Source of the DNA: a virus | Direction: 5' to 3' (one strand) | Virus record (IMG/VR): IMGVR_UViG_3300044833_000115 | Location: 2,758-66,757 of that record | Length of the DNA: 64,000 nt | In this document: piece by piece, positions 1 to 8,938 of the stretch | Layout: the number at the start of each line of letters is the position of its first letter | How positions within the stretch are numbered: the first letter of the stretch is position 1 | The notes under the pieces: generated by a model | Databases searched by the model: none | What the model was told of the DNA's origin: nothing | The model's input: only the letters and a program-made list of their open reading frames with translations | Translations under genes and position numbers: made by a program

Positions 1-1005
1 CATCTCGCCGATCCAGACCGGGGCGATGCCGTCCTTGATCAGCCAGCCCCATACCGCGGTCATCTGGTTGATCTTGGTCTGCCCGCCGGCATCCCCGAGG
101 TTGCCGCTGGTTTCGGGGGGGTACTCATGCGCCGAATAGACCACCTTGCCGGATGTGGTCAGCACCACCGGGGCGGTGCGAACCCCGGTCAGATCCCCCG
201 AGCCCCCGGTGAAATTGGCGCCGCTGCCGTAGGCGATCCCGTCGGCAAAGGTGCCGGTGGCGAAGGTGCCGTTATAGTTTTGCGGTCCCTCGCAGATGAT
301 CAGCGGCCGACTGTCGATCGCCAGGATGGCGTTGCCGACGCGCTGATACATCGCGCGGATGTCGCGGTTGGAACCGTCGCCCCAGGTGCTGCCCCCGCCG
401 TTGCCAGCGCCCTTGGTGCCGGTGGTGTTCGGCTCGTTGCGCAGATCGTAGCCGAGGATCGCGGCGAAACTCTTGTAGCGCGTGGCGATCGACTGCCACA
501 TCGCCAGGAACGCGGCATCCGTGACGGTGCCGGTGTTGCCGCCCTGGTCGGTGCCGTCGGAGCCGCCGCCCAGATCATACCAAAGCCCGTTCGGCTGATT
601 GGCGCCGAAGTTGCCGGTGTTGTTGCCCTCGTTGTTGTGGCTGTCGATGATCACCCGCAGGCCGATGGTGCCGCAGTAGGTGATGATCAGGTCGTGCACG
701 CCGAGGCAGGACAGGCCCGCCATGGTCGGGTTGAGCGAGGTGTTGACGTAGCCTGGGTTGGGGCTGTCGTTGTGGATCACGCTGGCATCGCAGAAGCCCA
801 GGCGGATGCAGTTGAAACCGATCGCCTTCACCTGATCGAGCAGCGCGGTATAGACGGCCTGATCTAGCCCTTCGGGCACCCCACCGCGGAAGTTGGAGCC
901 GGTCCAGCCGAGGCAGGCGATCCGCACCGGGTTGCCGCTGCCGTCCACAATCTGGTTGCCCAATGTGGTGAGCGGCCCCGCGGGAAGTAGGAGCGGCGTG
1001 GCCAT
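1..1005 (-). CDS. Glycoside hydrolase family 5 endoglucanase (cellulase-like), C-terminus runs off the window; missing from the ORF track
   Basis: Manual translation from ATG at 1005: MATPLLLPAGPLTTLGNQIVDGSGNPVRIACLGW...GFNCIRL...LRVIIDSH...GYDLRNEP...VVYSAHEY...APVWIGEM. Both catalytic Glu motifs (NEP, IGE) are present and the frame is open to base 1. Confidence 0.92.
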   Translation of the reverse strand, partial: MATPLLLPAGPLTTLGNQIVDGSGNPVRIACLGWTGSNFRGGVPEGLDQAVYTALLDQVKAIGFNCIRLGFCDASVIHNDSPNPGYVNTSLNPTMAGLSCLGVHDLIITYCGTIGLRVIIDSHNNEGNNTGNFGANQPNGLWYDLGGGSDGTDQGGNTGTVTDAAFLAMWQSIATRYKSFAAILGYDLRNEPNTTGTKGAGNGGGSTWGDGSNRDIRAMYQRVGNAILAIDSRPLIICEGPQNYNGTFATGTFADGIAYGSGANFTGGSGDLTGVRTAPVVLTTSGKVVYSAHEYPPETSGNLGDAGGQTKINQMTAVWGWLIKDGIAPVWIGEM

Positions 1006-1009
1006 GCGA

Positions 1010-1483
1010 TCACGGGTTATGCGTCAGGGTGAAGATCGTATTGGCGCTGCTGGGGGTGCTGGCGTTGTTCCAATTGATTTGGAACGTGCTCGCGGTGGCC
1101 ACGCCGTTGCCGCCGCCGGTCAGATCCGCAAAGCACAACAGCTTGTCGGTGGACGCCAGGGCGATCGAGGCGCGGCGGATGATGATGCCATAGCGCGCGG
1201 CGATGGTGGCACCGCTCCAGACCGCCGATTGCGCGGCGAAGGTCGAGGTCGCGCCGCCCTGGGTCCAGGAGATCCCCGACAACGCCTGGCCGCCCAGGGT
1301 GTAGCCGCCGCCGGCGACCACCTCGAACCCGCTGACGTTGGCATAGGTGCTGTCGGCGTTGACCGCCGGGACGTAGGAGGTGGTCGCCAGGATGATGTTG
1401 TAATTGTCCGAACCCAGACTGAACGAACCGGAGCCCAGACCCAGGACCGCGGCGCTGTAGAGGGTGGCGTTGCCAGCGGCCAT
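1010..1483 (-). CDS. Putative virion structural protein
   Basis: 157 aa, Gly/Thr/Ser-rich and beta-like (GGGYTLGG...TIAARYGIII); tightly packed in the late operon. Confidence 0.65.
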   Translation of the reverse strand: MAAGNATLYSAAVLGLGSGSFSLGSDNYNIILATTSYVPAVNADSTYANVSGFEVVAGGGYTLGGQALSGISWTQGGATSTFAAQSAVWSGATIAARYGIIIRRASIALASTDKLLCFADLTGGGNGVATASTFQINWNNASTPSSANTIFTLTHNP

Positions 1484-1513
1484 GTCGATTTCCTAGCGCA
1501 AAAGGAGGCCCGG

Positions 1514-1954
1514 TTATTCGCCCTCGTGACCGGAGGAAGACGATCCATGCCGGGCACTGGGGGCGTGCACCGTCGAGAACGGCGCCGAGGTGCGTCCGCC
1601 GCGGGCGCGTTGGCCGAGCGAGGGCGCCGAGGCACCGCCGCTGATCGCGCCGCCCGCCTTCTTGGCGACTGCGCCGCCGGCCTTCTTGCCCACCGCCCCG
1701 CCCGCCTTGCGGCCTCCGTCGTCATCCGATCCCGGCTCGCGGTTGATGCCGTCGGCATCGGTTCTGCCGCCCGAGGCCCGCTTGGCGCCGCCGCGCTTGA
1801 AGCCGTCCGATGAGGTTTTGGTGCCCAACTTGGCCACGGTCGCATCCTTGTCCAGCTTCTTGAACGTGCCGCCTTCCTGCTCGCCGTTGTTCTCTTGCGT
1901 CTTCGCGCCACCGAAGGCGCCGCCGCCTCGTTTCCGCTGTGCTGCCGCTGCCAT
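1514..1954 (-). CDS. Basic Gly/Lys/Arg-rich low-complexity protein with repeated xxxGG motifs; putative internal head protein
   Basis: RBS AGGAG upstream; RKRGG, FKRGG, RASGG, KKAGG x2, RARGG. Confidence 0.65.
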   Translation of the reverse strand: MAAAAQRKRGGGAFGGAKTQENNGEQEGGTFKKLDKDATVAKLGTKTSSDGFKRGGAKRASGGRTDADGINREPGSDDDGGRKAGGAVGKKAGGAVAKKAGGAISGGASAPSLGQRARGGRTSAPFSTVHAPSARHGSSSSGHEGE

Positions 1955-1964
1955 GGGTCTGCTC

Positions 1965-2273
1965 CTAATAGCCGCTCTGCACGGCTTCGGCGGTGACCGA
2001 GCCCGTGCCGGTGAGGATGTTAAGCCGCCACGCCCGGCAAGGCGTGGTCACACTCAGAAAGGCGCTCGCCGCCGCTGCCGCGATGGTGGTGGGCGAGACG
2101 TTCACCGTGACGCCTGGGGTCAGATAGTCGCTGTCAGTCGTCTCGATGTTGTACGTCACGGTGCCGGTGACGAAGCAGTTGATGCCGAGGTGGAACGCCG
2201 CCTCGCGGAAGTTGGCATTCTTCCAGGGACTGATCGAAACGCCGGTCAGCGTGAGAGATACAGGCTGGGCCAT
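1965..2273 (-). CDS. Putative small virion protein
   Basis: 102 aa, beta-rich, abuts the upstream gene in the late operon. Confidence 0.65.
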   Translation of the reverse strand: MAQPVSLTLTGVSISPWKNANFREAAFHLGINCFVTGTVTYNIETTDSDYLTPGVTVNVSPTTIAAAAASAFLSVTTPCRAWRLNILTGTGSVTAEAVQSGY

Positions 2274-2274
2274 C

Positions 2275-3216
2275 TTACCCGGCGAAGTTCACGACACCGA
2301 ACAGCGAAGCCGGGCCGGTGGTGGAGCCGATGTTGTAGGCCGCGGGGTCTACCGAGACTTGCAGCCGGTTGGCGCCGTTGGAGGCCGACTGCGTGGCATA
2401 CGTGCCGCGCACCGAACCGGTGACCGCGGTCGCGGGCGTGGTCACATCGGCGACGACGAAGCCGGTATTGGCGGTGATGTCGGCGTTGGCCCAGGTGATC
2501 GCCAACTGCGAGAACTGCGTCACCTGCATCGGGAACTCGTACACGTCCGAGGTGCCCACCGAGTAGGTGTGGCCGGCATCGGTCACGCCAGGGGTGACCG
2601 AGGTGACCGACTTGAAGCCCTTCTTGCCGTTGACGGTGGACGCGGCGACGGCGGTGATCGTCTCCGTCATCGGGAAGCCGAAGACATCGAAGCCGCGCAC
2701 CGTGAAGGCGCCGCCGGTAGCGCCGGCGTTGGCGGTGATCGACACCGCGCGCGAGATCATCGTGCGCGGATCGACCGCGGCCACGGTGGACTGCTGCCCA
2801 AACGCGATGACGCCGGGGGCGCCGTCGATAAAGCGCGCGCCGATCGGCAGCGTGATCCCCGATTGGGGAATGGTCATCGCGGCGGTGCTGACGGTGATGC
2901 CGGCGCCCGTGGCTGATACCAAGGTCATCGGGGTGCCGGAAACTGTCGCCGCGGCGGCGCCGATATTGGCCACCGCCAAGGTGGACGGCACCGCGTCGAT
3001 CATCTGATACGTGGCCGACTGGTAGAAGCCGACCGCGGCCAAGCTGCCGGCCTGAAGGGCGGCGCGGTAGCCGTAGCGCGGGTCGAGCAGCATGATCCCG
3101 CCGTAGAACGCCGACGGCCCGAGGTCGGGGTTGTAGTCGGACTGGTAGGCCGTCCCTGCCTGCGATGGATTTTGCCCGTAGACGATCAGCGGGCCGGCCA
3201 TTCCAGAAAGTGCCAT
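2275..3216 (-). CDS. Putative head fibre/decoration protein
   Basis: 313 aa, Thr/Ala/Gly/Val-rich, directly downstream of the major capsid gene; RBS GAGGA. Confidence 0.65.
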   Translation of the reverse strand: MALSGMAGPLIVYGQNPSQAGTAYQSDYNPDLGPSAFYGGIMLLDPRYGYRAALQAGSLAAVGFYQSATYQMIDAVPSTLAVANIGAAAATVSGTPMTLVSATGAGITVSTAAMTIPQSGITLPIGARFIDGAPGVIAFGQQSTVAAVDPRTMISRAVSITANAGATGGAFTVRGFDVFGFPMTETITAVAASTVNGKKGFKSVTSVTPGVTDAGHTYSVGTSDVYEFPMQVTQFSQLAITWANADITANTGFVVADVTTPATAVTGSVRGTYATQSASNGANRLQVSVDPAAYNIGSTTGPASLFGVVNFAG

Positions 3217-3245
3217 CAGGTGTTCCTCTTCCCGCTGTCAGTGTC

Positions 3246-4154
3246 CTACGAGGTCGGGAAGCTGCCCCAGACCGCCCGGGGGTTCTTGTGGGCCAGGCCG
3301 AACCGCTCGTAGCCCATGACCAGCAGGTTGCCCGTGGTCGGATCGACTTGCATATCCATCTCGAAAGCGACACGTTCGTAGTAGGCGAGCCCCTTGACCG
3401 AGGTCAGCACGAACCACGCAAAGTTGGAGGTCAGGAACTCGTTGACCACGTAGCCGTCGGGCAGGGCGCCCGTGGAATACAATGCGGAGACATCGTTGTT
3501 GTTGGTGCCGACGCGCAGTTCGGTCTTGGTCAGCCGTTCCGCCGCCCACTGGAGCGCGATGGGAACCACCATCTTGCGCCCGCGTGTCATGCTGATCAGC
3601 CCGGCCTGGTCGGGGTAGACGCGGATCTGGTTCAGCGCGGTCTCCAGCGCGGCCTCGTTCAAGTCGAGGTCGGTGGTCGGCCGGTTGGCATAGTTGCCGT
3701 TGTCGATCGGGTGCACGGTGGAGAACAGGGCCACGCCATCGCCGCCCACCAACGGGTTGTAGGTGGTGCCGGTGTTGATGATGTTCGCCGCGAAGATCTC
3801 TTTCGTCTGGGCGAAGCTCTCCATCAAACCCATGGACTGCGGGTTGAAATTTTCTTTGTAAAGGTTGTCGTCCAGGGTCTCGCGGGTGATCGCGAAGCCC
3901 AGGCCCACCGCACGGTGCTCGATGTTGTAGACGAAACGTTCGCCCGGGGCGTTGTCGAACATCGTCGCCGCGCCCTCGGCCTTGAGTTGCGCCAGGCCGG
4001 TGTAGCGCATCTCGGCCACGCGTTCGATCGCCATCTTGGAGGTCGCGGTGTCGAAGATCTGCGTGTAACGCTTGGGAAGGTCTGGGTATTTCCCGGTGAT
4101 CTCGGCCAGGCCAGGCAGCAACAGATCGCGGATTTGAGCCCGATTGATTGCCAT
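3246..4154 (-). CDS. Major capsid protein (HK97 fold, Mu gpT-like)
   Basis: MAINRAQIRDLLLPGL start, GDGVALFSTVHP, C-terminal YERFGLAHKNPRAVWGS; RBS AGGAG; position downstream of scaffold. Confidence 0.9.
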   Translation of the reverse strand: MAINRAQIRDLLLPGLAEITGKYPDLPKRYTQIFDTATSKMAIERVAEMRYTGLAQLKAEGAATMFDNAPGERFVYNIEHRAVGLGFAITRETLDDNLYKENFNPQSMGLMESFAQTKEIFAANIINTGTTYNPLVGGDGVALFSTVHPIDNGNYANRPTTDLDLNEAALETALNQIRVYPDQAGLISMTRGRKMVVPIALQWAAERLTKTELRVGTNNNDVSALYSTGALPDGYVVNEFLTSNFAWFVLTSVKGLAYYERVAFEMDMQVDPTTGNLLVMGYERFGLAHKNPRAVWGSFPTS

Positions 4155-4163
4155 GCTGGGCTC

Positions 4164-4799
4164 CTATGCCTGACCGGTTCTGGTCGTGAAGTCCGGCGTG
4201 TTGAGCCGTACTTCGAGCCACTGATTGTCGTTCGTGGCGACGTAGGCGGCGTTGACGGCCGGGGTGACCAGACCACCAGACAGCCCGATGATCCCCTCGA
4301 TGCGGAACGGCAGGGTTGCGGTGTTGGTCAGCGAGCCGGTGATCGGCGCGGCCAAGCCGCAGGTGCTCAGACCGGGCAGCGAGGTCGTGGTGCCTGGCCC
4401 GTTGGCCCCGGTGGCCACGTCGCAGTTGGAACCGATCGAAGCCTGGGTCAGCGCGGTCCCGATGTTCTGCGCCATGAAGGTCATGAACGGGTCTTGCTCG
4501 ATGACCGCGAAAACCGTGCCGGTGACGTTCGCGGGGATGCGCCAGGCCGGGTAGAATTCGGTCTTCAGTGTGCCCGGGTCCAAATACCTGCACCCGCGGA
4601 AGATCCCGTGAATGGTGGTACCGCCGGCGACGTAGAGGCGGATCGTGCCATCCGAGGCGCGGAACACCGGGTCGCCGAAGTTGATGCGCGTGCCATACGT
4701 GGAAAGGATGACCTCTTCGCGCATCGAATAGTTGGGCGCGGCACCATCGAAGCGCCGCAGCGTCTGAAAGCCGGATGGGGCGATGGCGTTCGCTGCCAT
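4164..4799 (-). CDS. Capsid-associated (decoration/cement) protein
   Basis: 211 aa, NAIAPSGF...INFGDPV...GIFRGCRY...TATLPFRI pattern of the pre-capsid gene in such podophages. Confidence 0.7.
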   Translation of the reverse strand: MAANAIAPSGFQTLRRFDGAAPNYSMREEVILSTYGTRINFGDPVFRASDGTIRLYVAGGTTIHGIFRGCRYLDPGTLKTEFYPAWRIPANVTGTVFAVIEQDPFMTFMAQNIGTALTQASIGSNCDVATGANGPGTTTSLPGLSTCGLAAPITGSLTNTATLPFRIEGIIGLSGGLVTPAVNAAYVATNDNQWLEVRLNTPDFTTRTGQA

Positions 4800-4965
4800 G
4801 GTGGAATCACTCCGCGATGTGCGGCTGATCCCAACGGCGTGCTGGCTTCAGACCTGGGGGGTTTTGCGCGACATGCGCGGTCCCGTACGGCGTGTGCGGG
4901 ATGGCGGTTCGGGCGGCTCGCCCTGGTTAGCGGGTGGCTGCGGCACGCAGACCCGGGAGCGGTTT
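4800..4965 (-). promoter_or_regulatory. Structured 5' leader of the capsid operon with five short hairpins
   Basis: mRNA-strand hairpins CTGC-GTGCC-GCAG, TCCCGCAC-ACGCC-GTACGGGA, GCGC-ATGTC-GCGC, CTGAAGCCAGC-ACGCC-GTTGGGATCAG and CCGC-ACATC-GCGG, the last overlapping the RBS. Confidence 0.7.
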
Positions 4966-5006
4966 AGGCAGACATCGCGCGCAAGGCGCAGCGAACGTCA
5001 GGCCCT

Positions 5007-5035
5007 ATCTAGGGCTTTCCCTATAGGTTCCGCAA
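5007..5035 (-). promoter_or_regulatory. Putative promoter for the capsid operon
   Basis: TTGCGG-N17-CTAGAT on the minus strand, upstream of the structured leader. Confidence 0.4.
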
Positions 5036-5070
5036 GCCGCACGTTCTTTATCGTATCCGGCAGGGCGTGC

Positions 5071-5250
5071 CTAAGCCGCCTTCGGGGGCGTCAGCGGGGC
5101 GGTCAGCCGCTTGGTCACCGGTTCGAGGTAGATCTGCCCGACGCCTTCGCAGGCTTTGCAGCGCGGGAACGTGCGATCGGCGAAGTCGCCGGCGCGGTGG
5201 AACCCCAAACCGCCGCAGGACTCGCAGCGGCTGAACGCGGTGCTGGTCAT
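5071..5250 (-). CDS. 59-aa DnaJ-type zinc-finger mini-protein (below the ORF-track cut-off)
   Basis: MTSTAFSRCESCGGLGFHRAGDFADRTFPRCKACEGVGQIYLEPV...; two CxxCxGxG repeats; RBS GAGGGG. Confidence 0.7.
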   Translation of the reverse strand: MTSTAFSRCESCGGLGFHRAGDFADRTFPRCKACEGVGQIYLEPVTKRLTAPLTPPKAA

Positions 5251-5262
5251 CGTGAAGTCCCC

Positions 5263-5715
5263 TCAGTCTGGCACGACCTGTTCGGGCGGCGGGTCGTAGG
5301 TGGTCTTGAAGCCCTTGCCGGCAACGCGCTTGCCTTCCAGGCCGAGGCGCTGCACCTGGGACGCAACCTGATGGCGCGCGGCGAACGTGTCCATCTCGCG
5401 CGCCTCGGCGGTGATGTCGTCGGGGCGTTCCATCAGCACCAGGCCCCCGCGGAGGATCTCGGCACCGGTGACCGCCCGCCGGCCGGTCAGTTCAATGTGC
5501 CGCTCGGCCGGCACCGGGGTCCAGCCGTTTTGCTCCAGGTTGATCATGTTCTCCTGATCATCCTGGCCGAAGATGGTCTTCCGCTTCCACTCGTATGTCA
5601 TCCCCGGGGGGATCAGATCGCGGTCGAACTCGAACCGGTTGGAGCCTGTGCGCAGAGTGATGCGCTGTTGGACGCGCTGCTCGCTGCGCTGGGGAGCACG
5701 GGGCGGTTGGGCCAT
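5263..5715 (-). CDS. Conserved head-module protein
   Basis: GMTYEWKR...GWTPVP...GGLVLMERP pattern between scaffold and capsid genes. Confidence 0.7.
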   Translation of the reverse strand: MAQPPRAPQRSEQRVQQRITLRTGSNRFEFDRDLIPPGMTYEWKRKTIFGQDDQENMINLEQNGWTPVPAERHIELTGRRAVTGAEILRGGLVLMERPDDITAEAREMDTFAARHQVASQVQRLGLEGKRVAGKGFKTTYDPPPEQVVPD

Positions 5716-6014
5716 CAGATTTCCTTACGCAGGTGTCTCGCCTCGGCGAGCATGAAGCCGAACAGCGGCCAGAGTTTTCCAACGGCCTGGTCGCGCGCCA
5801 GCTTCTCGCCGATCGGCTGGTTGTAGTTGCGCGGGTCTACGCAGGCGCTTTCGCCGCGCACCGAGTACCCGTTGTCTAGAACCATGTGGCACAGCGTCAC
5901 CGTCTCGCCGAGGCGGATGTAGCTGACCCTGGCGATGCGGGCCTCCATCTCGGGCAGCGTGATCCGCTCATGGGGCAGGCGGTCGATCGCGGCCTTCAGT
6001 TCCTCACTGGTCAT
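5715..6014 (-). CDS. N4 Gp49/Sf6 gp66 family protein; candidate cyclic-nucleotide sponge (Acb4-like)
   Basis: TLCHMVLDNGYSVRGESACVDPRNYNQPIGEKLA...LWPLFGF signature; ATG at 6014 overlaps the scaffold stop (ATGA). Confidence 0.8.
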   Translation of the reverse strand: MTSEELKAAIDRLPHERITLPEMEARIARVSYIRLGETVTLCHMVLDNGYSVRGESACVDPRNYNQPIGEKLARDQAVGKLWPLFGFMLAEARHLRKEI

Positions 6015-6892
6015 CCTTGCCCCCTGGCTTTCAGCTTTGCGCGCTGGATCGCATACTTTTCGTAACGTCCGGGTACCCAATTGCCCGCCGGGTCTTTGTG
6101 TCCCTGGATCGGAATATCGGGATTGGTGATGTCGGCTGCTTCCATTTCGTCGGCCGACAGCCTGACCGCCTTGCGTTGTTCGGCCTGGCGCGGGCTGGAA
6201 CGCGACACCGGCACCTCGGCCGGGGCCTCACGCCGCCGCGGGGCTTCGTGCCCGGCATCGGTGTCGTCGGGGTCCACCCGGCGCGCGCTGCGGTGGACCA
6301 CTTCGTTGATCACCTCGAAATACTCGGGTGAATCGACCTCGATCCCCTCGGCCACGGCCAACTGATGCCCGGCGAAGGTCTTCGCCCGCAGCTTCGGATC
6401 TTCCATGAATTCAGGGTTGTCCCTGATCCACCGGCGCTGCGGCGCCGAATACTGGCTCAGATCCACCCCTTCCTGCTGCGGCGGGGCCTTCGCGGCGCGG
6501 GTCTTCTCGCCTTCCAGCCAGACCTTGTAGTTGCGATCCTGCTGCTGCTTGGCGCGCAGTTCGGCCAGCTTGTCCTGCACCTCGGCGGCTTCATCGAAGC
6601 GGCCTTCCGCCAGGGCCTCGGAATACTGCTTTTTCAGCCCCGTCGCCGCGGTGTCGGCACTCTCCAGACGTGAGACAACGGCCAGTTCTTCCGCCTCAAA
6701 GCGGGCGTTGGCGTGCGTGCTGGCGGTCTGTTCGGCCCGATTTCGCCCGGTGCGCTCGGTTTCGAGTTCGAGTTTTAGCTTCCGGGTGTTGGCCTTTTCC
6801 TGGGCCAGCATGGCGCGAACATCGTCATCCGATACCGTGCCGCCGTTGACGTGACCATCGACGCGATCATCGTCATCTGTCGTTCCTGACAT
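6011..6892 (-). CDS. Capsid scaffolding protein
   Basis: 293 aa charged coiled coil, WIRDNPEF, DSPEYF, C-terminal VRLSADE...YEKYA; upstream of capsid. Confidence 0.75.
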   Translation of the reverse strand: MSGTTDDDDRVDGHVNGGTVSDDDVRAMLAQEKANTRKLKLELETERTGRNRAEQTASTHANARFEAEELAVVSRLESADTAATGLKKQYSEALAEGRFDEAAEVQDKLAELRAKQQQDRNYKVWLEGEKTRAAKAPPQQEGVDLSQYSAPQRRWIRDNPEFMEDPKLRAKTFAGHQLAVAEGIEVDSPEYFEVINEVVHRSARRVDPDDTDAGHEAPRRREAPAEVPVSRSSPRQAEQRKAVRLSADEMEAADITNPDIPIQGHKDPAGNWVPGRYEKYAIQRAKLKARGQG

Positions 6893-7124
6893 GATGAGCC
6901 GTGTCCAGAGCCTGCCGTAGCAGGCCGTTCCGCCAGCGCGTGATGTGGTCGCGCTGCTCGACGGGGACGCCGGACTCGATGAGTTCCTGTGCCTCGATGG
7001 TTAAAAGGGGGTCGTCAGCAAGCGCCTGGGCCAGCACTGTCACCGCAGGGCGCACCACACCGATATGCAGGCGGGTCGCACCGAGGCAGTCATTCAGATG
7101 CTCGGCCAGGGTTTTAGGGGTCAC
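6873..7124 (-). CDS. Hypothetical protein
   Basis: GTG at 7124 coupled to the GroES stop; MTPKTLAEHLNDCLG... Confidence 0.5.
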   Translation of the reverse strand: MTPKTLAEHLNDCLGATRLHIGVVRPAVTVLAQALADDPLLTIEAQELIESGVPVEQRDHITRWRNGLLRQALDTAHHVRNDR

Positions 7125-7519
7125 CGGATGCTGTCGGGGTCGGTGATGATCATATGCACGTCCACGTCTTCGATGTTGCGCGCGCGCCGCTTGCCGAACT
7201 CCATGGCAAAGGTGTCGCCGACATTGAACACGATCCAGTCGCCGACCTGGGGCTTGATCGCCCCGAAACGATGGGTCGGATCGTCCTCGAAGGCGATCGG
7301 GCCGAGGGCGAGCACCAGGCCAACCTTGCCCTGGTAGTTGCTTTCGTCCCGTGTCTTGCCCGGCATGATGATGCCGCTCTTGGTCACCTCGGGCGGCACA
7401 TAGACGCCGACCAGTACTCGAGCACCCAGCACCGTCAGGCCCGCCATGAAGGGCGCGCATTCCTCGGAAATGGCGATCCGCGGATCGGCATCGTGCACCA
7501 TCGGTATCGCGTGGGCCAC
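7121..7519 (-). CDS. groES: Phage co-chaperonin GroES-like protein
   Basis: LGARVLV...EVTKSGIIMP...GKVGLVLALGP...VGDWIVF. Confidence 0.85.
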   Translation of the reverse strand: MAHAIPMVHDADPRIAISEECAPFMAGLTVLGARVLVGVYVPPEVTKSGIIMPGKTRDESNYQGKVGLVLALGPIAFEDDPTHRFGAIKPQVGDWIVFNVGDTFAMEFGKRRARNIEDVDVHMIITDPDSIR

Positions 7520-7523
7520 GTTT

Positions 7524-7760
7524 TTACTCCGGTCGGTCTTGTTGTTCCACCCGCGTCAGGTCGTCAGCGGCATGGAATACCCACTCCAATGCCCGCAAAT
7601 ACCCAATTCGCTGGCGGGCTTCCTCGATCGTTTTCCACTTGCCGTCAACGAGATGCTGCGTTTCGTCGACCAAATGCTCGCGGATCACCGGCTCCAGCCG
7701 GGTCCAAAGCGTCGGGTCGTAATAGGTCCGAAGCGGCCCGATGCTGATGGGAATGGTCAT
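7524..7760 (-). CDS. Hypothetical protein between portal and GroES
   Basis: Coupled ATG at 7760; helical RQRIGYLRAL motif. Confidence 0.6.
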   Translation of the reverse strand: MTIPISIGPLRTYYDPTLWTRLEPVIREHLVDETQHLVDGKWKTIEEARQRIGYLRALEWVFHAADDLTRVEQQDRPE

Positions 7761-8071
7761 ACCCGTTCTGGCCACCTCCACATGCCGGCCTCAACACCGA
7801 CACCCACCGAGCACGCCCAATACAGGTCGGCGCCGTCCAGCATTACCTGCCCGTTCACCAGGCTGTTGGGTTCGCTGCCCCAGACCCTGGTGATGATCAT
7901 CGGGAACGTGTCGCCGGCGGCGACCGAGTTGCCGACGTGCACCATGACGCCGGTGGCGTTCATCCGGTGCGCGTCCATGCTTCGCCGCGCGTCTTCGCGC
8001 CGGCGATTGATCGCCTCCGCATCGGCCTCCCGCAGTTGGTAAATCACGATCCGTCCGATGGTTGGGGTCAT
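7757..8071 (-). CDS. Conserved phage hypothetical protein (PTIGRIV...WxWP family)
   Basis: MTPTIGRIVIY...PMIITRVW...VNGQVMLDG...WRWPERV. Confidence 0.7.
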   Translation of the reverse strand: MTPTIGRIVIYQLREADAEAINRRREDARRSMDAHRMNATGVMVHVGNSVAAGDTFPMIITRVWGSEPNSLVNGQVMLDGADLYWACSVGVGVEAGMWRWPERV

Positions 8072-8637
8072 TTGCCATACGCCTTTATTTTTTGAGCCCG
8101 GCCCTCCGCGCTGCCGGCGCCGGCCTTCATCTTCGCGCCGATGCCTCCGCCGCGCTTCATGCCGGGAGGCTTCATGCCAGGCGGGGGCGGCATCCCGGGC
8201 GGCGCACCGGCCCCAGGCGGGCCACCAGCGCCACCAGGGGGCATTCCCGGCGGCATACCGGGTGGCATCCCCGGCGGGGGGCCACCAGCACCGGGGGGCG
8301 GCCCCATCGGCGGATGCGGCGGCATCGCCCCAGGCGGGGGCATCATCGGCCGCGGCGGACCACCGGCCGGCGGGGGGGGCGTGCCGACGATGACGTTGAC
8401 GTTCGTCTTGCCGTGCTTGTTCGACTTGCCGCCCCGGGCGCGGCCGATGTCGCCGGCGACACTGCCGCCCTCGGCACGGGTTGCCCCGCCGCGGGCTCGA
8501 TCCATGCCGGCCGGGTGCCCGATCGGCCCCTGGGTCGGGCGAACCGTGTCCATCTTGCTCGCGATCCCGCCCTTGCTGCCCGAATAGCCGGTGCGCGAAA
8601 GCAGGCTCGCCCCCTTGCCCGAACGATCATCCTTCAT
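8068..8637 (-). CDS. Pro/Gly-rich protein with xxxGG motifs; putative internal head protein
   Basis: RARGG x2, RAEGG, MKRGG, PPGM repeats, KTNVNVIV, C-terminal AGAGSAEGRAQK. Confidence 0.7.
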   Translation of the reverse strand: MKDDRSGKGASLLSRTGYSGSKGGIASKMDTVRPTQGPIGHPAGMDRARGGATRAEGGSVAGDIGRARGGKSNKHGKTNVNVIVGTPPPPAGGPPRPMMPPPGAMPPHPPMGPPPGAGGPPPGMPPGMPPGMPPGGAGGPPGAGAPPGMPPPPGMKPPGMKRGGGIGAKMKAGAGSAEGRAQKIKAYGK

Positions 8638-8938
8638 CGGTGCTGCCTTTCTTGCCCCGGCCCTTCGGCGGGGTGGGGTCAGTATCAAACGGCGGGGAGA
8701 CCGGCTCGTCGACCGCGCCACCCATCGCCGCGGCGACCTGATCCGTTACCTCGCCCAGGTCAGCGTGCGGCGCCACCAGCACCGGATCGCCCGTCGGCAT
8801 GGCCAGACTGACGACGTGACCGCCCTTGGCGGCTTCAATCGCCTCGGCGGCGATCGTCGCGTGCGTCGCGTCGGTCGCCGGCGACTTCAGCACGTGCGGG
8901 TGCAGGATGAAGTGGTGAACCTGCTGGAGCATCTTCAT
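8627..8938 (-). CDS. Hypothetical protein
   Basis: 103 aa, coupled to its neighbours. Confidence 0.55.
   Translation of the reverse strand: MKMLQQVHHFILHPHVLKSPATDATHATIAAEAIEAAKGGHVVSLAMPTGDPVLVAPHADLGEVTDQVAAAMGGAVDEPVSPPFDTDPTPPKGRGKKGSTDEG

Noticed and set aside
127-867. 246-aa plus-strand ORF
   Set aside because: Antisense shadow of the GH5 gene, which carries the catalytic motifs
3208-3248. Stop read-through extension of the major capsid protein
   Set aside because: An in-frame TGA follows about ten codons after the TAG, and no slippery site was noted
3165-4967. 600-aa plus-strand ORF and the 451-aa alternate minus frame
   Set aside because: Shadows of the capsid genes; Arg-rich and motif-free, as expected at high GC3
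8141-8400. PPG repeats as collagen
   Set aside because: Period is mostly four (PPGM), not sustained Gly-X-Y
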